Source of the DNA: Octopus sinensis
Lineage: Eukaryota
Reading direction: 5' to 3'
Assembly: GCF_006345805.1 (NCBI RefSeq)
Contig: NC_042998.1
Span: forward strand, 118,172,001 to 118,236,000
DNA length: 64,000 bases
Part shown: one piece after another, positions 56,641-64,000 of the stretch
How the letters are laid out: every line of letters starts with the position of its first letter
Position numbering within the stretch: the stretch's first letter is position 1
The notes under the pieces: model-generated
Database searches by the model: none
What the model saw: the letters and a program-made list of their open reading frames with translations, nothing else
What the model was told of the DNA's origin: nothing
Made by a program: the position numbers and the translations under genes

Positions 56641-57853
56641 AGGGATGCAGATAAATGATAGAAAATTAAATGAACAGCATTATTTATTTAAAATCACTAC
56701 AATTGTTCTGGCGCATTTCTTAGAGCCATAGTACGTTGGTGAGATATTATGTCATTACTTATCATGCCTGATAATAACTTCGAAATACATCACCAATGTA
56801 GTATGGATGACAAAAGTGTGTGGAAACAATTGTAGTGATTTATTTTTTAAAAAAAGGAGTGTCGTTCATTCAATGTTTTATCATTATTTATTTATATAAA
56901 GTCTGCAGATACTCATGTACATCCAGTAACAAAAGCGTTTCCACTGCATGATGATATCAAGTAGCCAATATCTGTGGACGAGCTTTGTATAATATATATA
57001 TATATATATTAAATTATATATACATTTATGTGTGTGTGTGTGTAATCCAAGTTATGAAATGAACGATCAGCTACAATTTTCTCGGTACGAACTCCGCTAA
57101 CAACGCTAGTTTAAGCATAGGTTTGCAGTAAAACATTTGCGTAATCTTCTTTCACATCGTTCTCTTCCGTAAACTGGCGTTTCATGCAGAGTTGGTACAG
57201 AAACAATTGTGACTGATCATTAAAGATGGGTTAAAATATTTCCTTTTCTTATGAATTGGATTATGTTTTACTCTTTGATAAACTCACAATGGTGTAACCG
57301 TCATAAGGCGAGGATTTTCTACGCCTGAAGTATTTCGGTATTAGTCTGGAATCCGACAGTGTTGATAACCAGAACTTGGGCTCTGTGGTTCATTGGAACT
57401 AGCCTATGTTTATATCCTACCATGATAGATAGATAGACAGGCTGATAGACAGACACACTGACAGATAAGTATGATAACTTTGATAAATGTTCTCATGGCA
57501 TTGTTTGTAATAAATCTTGATTTTTATGACTATACCATCTAGAATGTCTATCTACTCCCTCAATCCTACGCCAAACAAATACTGCCTTCTGTTTTTCTCA
57601 GCCTTAAACATACAAGGGATTTGATAAACTAGTCTATAAATTAAAACTGACCACATAAAAAAAAACATCAGTGACAGACAGTGTCTTATTGCACATGTTA
57701 GTTACGACTACACTGTTTTAGGTACATGTTCTTTGTCTCCTTAACTTCTTGGAGATTTTAGGTATAATTATACTAATGTGTCCATCTGTTCTAATTGAAT
57801 GCAATTCTATATCTTTGTGCAGCTGAAGATTGCTCTACATTTTAAATTGATTT

Positions 57854-57942
<89 letters not shown>

Positions 57943-59291
57943 GTATGTATGTATGTATGTATGTGTGTATGTATGTATGTATGTGTGTGTGTCTGTGTGT
58001 CTATGTTTGAATGATTAGAAAAGACTAATGTTATTATTTGATATGTTGGTGCAAGTGTTCATATAACTATTATAAGCTAAAATTAACTCGGAAGTCAAAG
58101 TTTTATAATATAAACACCAAACATGGAGAGTTTTGAATGTGGAATATCGTAATATATGCAGCGTATTTATATTTATATTTACCGGGATAGGATTATTTGG
58201 GTATAAATAGCTTTATGTACACATTTACGAAGAAGTAACGGCTAAATTATCGAAATAAGATTTAGACATCAGATAACGTCCAGTAAAGCACTATTTATTA
58301 CAAGGAAAACTATTAAATTAAATAGTTTCTCAATACACAATACCTACCGAACGAAAAGTTCATTCCATAATTTCAAAAATCAATCCTATTCTCGTACAAG
58401 TTGTAATATATTTCAGATTTTATCGTAAAAATGGCACTTAGAAATCATGCAGACATGAGGCAGACTATAGTATGATTGTAAGATAATGTTCAATAAATTA
58501 TTTGACAATGCAAGGTTATTTTTAAAATGGTATTATATGGTATTGCTCTAATAGGTTACTCAAGAAAAATAATGCTATTGCAAGATATGTAAGTTTTTCA
58601 ATGGTAAGTATTGAATTGCATTTCTGTAAGCAGTGTATCCAAACACATCCCACCTGAAGACAAACAATAACACAATGTATTCCGGGATATATTATGCAAT
58701 ATATCATACATTTTGATTATAAGATGTGAATAGTAGTTGGATACTCATCTAGTCCAACGATGTTATTAGGCTGCCTGGCTGGTTCCTGCTTAAATCTAAT
58801 TGGTAACACGTTACAATGGATTCGAGGTGTTATTCATCTTGTAAAAGAAAATTATATTAATTTTTAAGACATTAATTCCCCAGACTATGAATTATTTGAT
58901 TCGGAACTGACAGATGGTATTTTAATTAAGATTGTTGATTTTCTTTCACGGAATTGCTTGTAGCTGAAGCAAACGATAAAGATATGAGTGTACAACTCCT
59001 ACATATTGAGGTGAAAATGCTTGAGTGAAAGTCAACATAATATTTTTATGTAAATAAGCGAGTTTCATGAAGAAAGTTAACCCTTTGGGTTACAGCCCGT
59101 GCAATACGATGCCACAAATTGTATGCTACCAAACTTCATTCAGGCTGCAGATGTTTACTATGGCAATAGTAGAAGAAACTTGCAAAGATGCTGCATGTCA
59201 TAATGATAAAGCCCTGTACTTATCATTCATAAGTGTTGTTGAGCATTCAGACAAGCCTGTGCGTATATGAAAGCGCATGTGTGTATAATAT

Positions 59292-59401
59292 TAAGAAGAA
59301 GAAGAAGAAGAAGAAGAAGACGGAGAAGGAGAAAGAGAAGAAGAAGAAGAAGAAGAAGAAGAAGAAGAAGAACGGAGAAGGAGAAGGAGAAGAAGAAGAA
59401 G

Positions 59402-59432
<31 letters not shown>

Positions 59433-59566
59433 CGAAGAAGAAGAAGGAGAAGAAGAAGAAGAAGAAGAAGAAGAAGAAGAAGGAGGAGGAGAAGAAGAAG
59501 AAGAACAAGAAGAAGAAGGAGAAGAAGAAGAACAAGAAGAAGAAGAACAAGAAGAAGAAGAAGAAT
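59292..59566. repeat. (GAA)n array with GGA/CAA variant units
   Basis: Directly visible, ~275 bp. Confidence 0.95.
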
Positions 59567-59596
59567 CCTTCCTACAATAGGCAGAAGGCAGGAAAT

Positions 59597-59777
59597 TCTA
59601 GAGAAGGGGCTAATCGATCATATCGACTCCAGTACGCAATGGGTACTTATTTCATCCAAAGTGGAAGAATGAAAGGCAAAGTCGACCTCGGTGGAATTTG
59701 AACTCAGAACGTAAAGGCGGACGAAATACAACTACACATTTTGCCCAGCGTTCTAGCGATTCTGCAAGCTCACCGCC
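59597..59777 (-). mobile_element. SINE family A
   Basis: Reverse complement GGCGGTGAGCTTGCAGAATCGCTAGAACGCTGGGCAAAATG...GAGTTCAAATTCCACCGAGGTCGACTTTGCCTTTCA...GGAGTCGATATGATCGAT. Confidence 0.85.
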
Positions 59778-59780
59778 TTA

Positions 59781-59978
<198 letters not shown>

Positions 59979-60285
59979 ACGAAAATGGAAATATCTGATG
60001 TATATAACAAATACAAATGCAAATATGGTACTAGGTCACATGTAATAGAATTAGTTAAATAATGAAATATTACATTTTCATTTTCATATTGACCAACACA
60101 AGCTCACATCTCTTTCCCTCTTGATATTGATATATTGTAATGTTTCCAAATAGAATATGTTTCACTCGGGAGCTCTAATATGATAGAAGCTTTAAAGAGC
60201 AGATACATTAATTTATTTATATTATCTACGTTCATCAAAAGCTTCCATCAACTGAATAAATTTGATTTCTCTGTTTGAGAGGCAG

Positions 60286-60313
60286 ACAGACAGACAGCTA
60301 GATAGATAGATAG

Positions 60314-60398
<85 letters not shown>

Positions 60399-60482
60399 CG
60401 TAGGTAGGTAGATATGTATATAGATAGATATATAGATAGATTGATAGATAGATAGACAGATAGATAGACAGACAGACTTACG

Positions 60483-60553
<71 letters not shown>

Positions 60554-60585
60554 TGATTGATTGATAGTTAGACAGGTAGATAGAT
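60286..60585. repeat. (GATA)n/(GACA)n array
   Basis: Directly visible. Confidence 0.95.
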
Positions 60586-61149
60586 AAACACAGAATAGAG
60601 GTTGCGGCATTACCTTTATTCCACACTTGAGATCGTTTCAACTATAAACGCTTCGGATGTATCATCAATATAAAAGTTCGTGTAACATGATACCTTATTA
60701 TTTGTCGTCCATTTCGTCTCATTTGAAGAGAGGAGTTGCTTTTTTCAATTTTGACGAGATGAACACAAATAAGATTCAATATGCTCGAACATTACACAAA
60801 CATTTGTATTCATAATATATCTAAACTATGCGTTGCTGAAACGTTCGTAATGTAGGAATAAATATATCGCTATCTTTGAATTGTGTTACATTTTGTATGA
60901 TCTTCAACGAATAATGTCCTGCAATTGACGTTTGTATGAAAAGGTTTCTTTGAAAAAACTGCCCACTCCTATGCACTATGTAATCTGGTATCTGTAGGAG
61001 TGCTTATTGAGGAAACCACTCTGATTTCTGAATCAGCCTTTAATCTTATATCCTTTACTTTTTTCAGTTATTAGATAGCAGCTACGCTAGGGCGGCGCCT
61101 TAAGAATTGTTGCCGCACGAATTGATGAAGTACTTACATTTTAAAGCCT

Positions 61150-61560
61150 GCTATTTATCCATTCGGTTACTTTCATTGAAACTTTAAGCTAAGGGAGCGT
61201 AAACACACGAACACATGTTGCTAAGCGGCTGTGGAGTACAAACATAGGCAGTAAGATACACACACGCATACAGATACAAAAAAATATACACAAACACACA
61301 CAAATACGCGCGCACATCTTAACTTGCCGGATCTTCAATGATATTTTTGTTTAAGAATCAATTTGTACTCCACAAAGTAAAGAGTAACGCCTCAGATTAA
61401 TATGAAATAGTTGTTATGACAAACAATTCCCGTCTCCCAAATCCACTGGCAAAATCTCTACCATAGCCTCGGGCTATAGCAGAAAACACTCGCCCAAGGT
61501 ACCACAAAGCTGGAATGAACCGGAGCCATATAGCTAGAAAGCAAACATTTTCCGTCAAAA
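61150..61560 (-). mobile_element. Degenerate SINE family B
   Basis: AAGCTAAGGGAGCGTAAACACAC...GCTAAGCG...ACAAACA then CA-rich segment, then CCTCGGGCTATAGCAGAAAACACTCGCCCAAGGTACCAC...TGAACCGGAGCCAT. Confidence 0.6.
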
Positions 61561-61591
61561 CAGCAGCTGTGTGTACACGTCTATGAATATA

Positions 61592-64000
61592 TCTATACCT
61601 ATAAAATTCAATGTTTGTGCGTGCGTGTGTGTGTGTCCTTTATGCACAACCAGACCGCTGGATCAATCTGTAACAAATTTGGCATGAAGGCTTTTCATTA
61701 CTCGGGGAAGGTTCTAGGGTCGTAAACGTCTGGCCTTGCCCATATTGGGGGCTGTAGCCCCCGCTCCCATACGACCCTATCGATTTTTCCTTCAGCGGAA
61801 TCTTATGTTTTCAACCACGGAGATTCCAAATATGCAAAAAAAAAACATGTTTTCAAAATTTTAAATTCACCTTTGCTGCAAATTTTAAATTTTCAACTTT
61901 TTCAACTTTTTTGTCAATCTCCATGGGAATATACTGAGATTAAGAATATGGAAAATATTTTAGTTTCAAATTTTCTATGGAGAACCCCGAAATTGTTCCA
62001 CACACACAAGCCACACCATCGCGTTTTCAACAACTGAAAATGAACTGCTAAAAATAACAGCAAAATGCCAGGAATGTGTTTGCGTGTGCGCGCTCAACAA
62101 TTTATGCAGCTGATGCCAATGAACAGAGAAATTAAACAGAAATGTTTTACATGCCTGTTCTGTACGAGGGTTTTGTTTTTTCGCTTTAACGGTAAATGAT
62201 TCTGATAGAACCCAATACGATATTGAATAATTCTCCGTCATGCTTCATACAATCCCACCTTTTCTTAAGTAAAGATAAACGCTCTTTAATTGTGAATTAC
62301 CGCCAAAATTAATTTCTCTTGCAAAAGAGTGGGTGGCATTTTCTCTCTTTTTCAATATATAATTAGAAGAGAGAATATGTTTTTACCAAATATGTTAAAA
62401 CTTTACTAACTTGTTCGATCTGCCACTGAACCAAGATTTCAATTTGATTTGACACATACTTTGCTATCATTTATATGGAGAATTGCAAACATGGCATATA
62501 AAGATAACTTATTTCAATAGAATTTTTATGTTTACATTTCTGCAAATGATTTTCTTGCGCACTACTCCCCACCCACACACATACATAGACACCTGCACAT
62601 ATACGCACTCGGATACACGTGGACGAAGTCTCATTTTGGAAGTATATTAAAGTTTTTATTATTTTGGAATGATGAGCACAAACATAGGTGCTGAGACAGT
62701 GACTAAATTGTATTTTGTTGGTATTAATCCAATGAATTGACAGCAAGGTGTGTCAGAAGTACTTTTCTGAAACAAGATTTCAGTCTACGGTGTTGTCGCG
62801 TGCGCATTAACCCCAAAACCTTCACACAAATGCTGGTTGCTGAAAAACTAATATTGTAACAGGAAAAGAAAAACTGGGTAAATATTTACAATAGCACCAT
62901 ACTCGCTAAATACTAACCCTAAGAGCAACCCTAAGCTATAAGTCTTTCTACAGCAGGGTCGGCGCTAAGCCCCTACAATCAATGCGTTCGCAAGGGGCAT
63001 CCGCGAAGAACTGGAATTAATATAATGTAAAACATAAAGTTCGATGTTGCACACAACTTACGTTATTTTCAGAAGAAAAAGAAACAGTAAGGTTTCTAAA
63101 CAACGGAAGCTCTTCATATGGATACACGCCCGGTGAAAACTCTTATTACATTTATATAAATCATTCATTCATTCATTCGGTCATTTAGTTACTATACACT
63201 GTCGGATATCTTTCAATTTATATGAAAAACTTTACAAATTTCCCGTGACGTAAGTTAAAGATATCGACTTGAGTAATTCAAATAACTGTTCGTGGAATGG
63301 ACCTAATAAAATTAGCTAGAATACATTCTATATTTCATATTTAAATGCGACTCTTTCTATTTGGATAGAGATTAGAAGATGTTATATCTTGATAAACTTC
63401 CAATACATATTTTGGATATTTTTTGAACAACACACCTTATTAACACTTGATATTTCACGTTAAAATCCGACGTGAGTATTTTTTCTTGGATACGGATTGA
63501 AAAGAAATATATGCTGATAACTTACATTACTATTTGTTATATTCTTGGAGCAACTCAACTTATTAACACTGGCTATTTCTATTTATATTTTAAGTCAGAT
63601 GTTAAAAATATTGTATGCTGATAACTAACTTTAGATACTAGACGGCAAAGAGGTGGATTGTGCCGTATTGTCCCCTTCTGTCAATGATCTTCAAAGCACA
63701 CATCAATGTGGAGTTTTGTATCTCTGTGAAATTCATCAAGTATGTGTGCAAGTATGTGAGCAAGGGGTAAAATATGGCTGTTTTTGGCCTTCAGGAGGTA
63801 AACAAGAATGATGAGGTGACATGCTACCAGATGGTATGCTACTTTAGCAATAAAACAGTCTGAAACTGTTTAACTATGCGCTGCATCCAACTGTTATCCA
63901 TCTAGCTGTACATCTAGAGAATGGCCAGCAAGTCTACTTTAATACATACAATCCACAATCTCCAGAAGCTACTTGAAACTTGATGTTCAACAACATTGAC
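61592..64000 (+). mobile_element. Probable Helitron (5' terminus plus downstream Rep remnant), running off the window
   Basis: A|TCTATACCTATAAAA followed by (TG)n and ...ACAAATTTGGCATG at 61592, a layout I recognise from non-autonomous Helitron 5' ends; Rep motifs from 63638. That both belong to one element is inference. Confidence 0.55.
63638..64000 (+). pseudogene. Helitron Rep (HUH endonuclease region) fragment with stops and frameshifts
   Basis: WIVPYCPLLSMIFKAHINVEFCISVKFIKYVCKYVSKG*NMAVFGLQEVNKNDEVTCYQM, then after a frameshift HPTVIHLAVHLENGQQVYF; matches Helitron Rep motifs VPYNP..HINVE.C.S...IKY..KY..KG.D and HLENGQRVYF. Confidence 0.9.

Noticed and set aside
62905-62940. Telomere-like TAACCCTAA / CAACCCTAA
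   Set aside because: Only two imperfect, non-adjacent units; not an interstitial telomeric array.

Overview
AT-rich, microsatellite-saturated eukaryotic genomic DNA, most likely from an octopus or other coleoid cephalopod. That assignment is inferred from tRNA-derived SINE families resembling the octopus OK/OR SINEs and from the simple-repeat load, not proven. I could not recognise any host protein-coding exon, and nearly all long ORFs in the supplied track are translations of (TA)n/(CA)n/(GATA)n/(GAA)n repeats. The window is a graveyard of retroelements. Penelope-like elements (PLEs) dominate: a near full-length Neptune-like copy (18.9-23.2 kb), a 5'-truncated Naiad-like copy bracketed by ~400-bp inverted pseudo-LTRs (41.6-46.9 kb), a GIY-YIG fragment with inverted pLTRs (13.8-15.0 kb) and two older remnants. 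Also present are a full-length but frameshifted RTE LINE (32.7-36.1 kb), a decayed CR1/L2-group LINE (3.5-5.0 kb), two R4/Dong-like restriction-like-endonuclease retroelement fragments, a Helitron (5' end near 61.6 kb, Rep fragment at the window end), many SINEs and several fold-back hairpins. The most interesting signal is RNA-level: several hammerhead-ribozyme motifs sit in PLE termini, two of them in one element in opposite orientation, and a possible degenerate HDV-like fold lies at the RTE 5' end. PLEs here also recurrently abut or sit inside (TA)n microsatellites and carry microsatellites internally. All protein-family calls rest on motifs I translated by eye; no database search was run.
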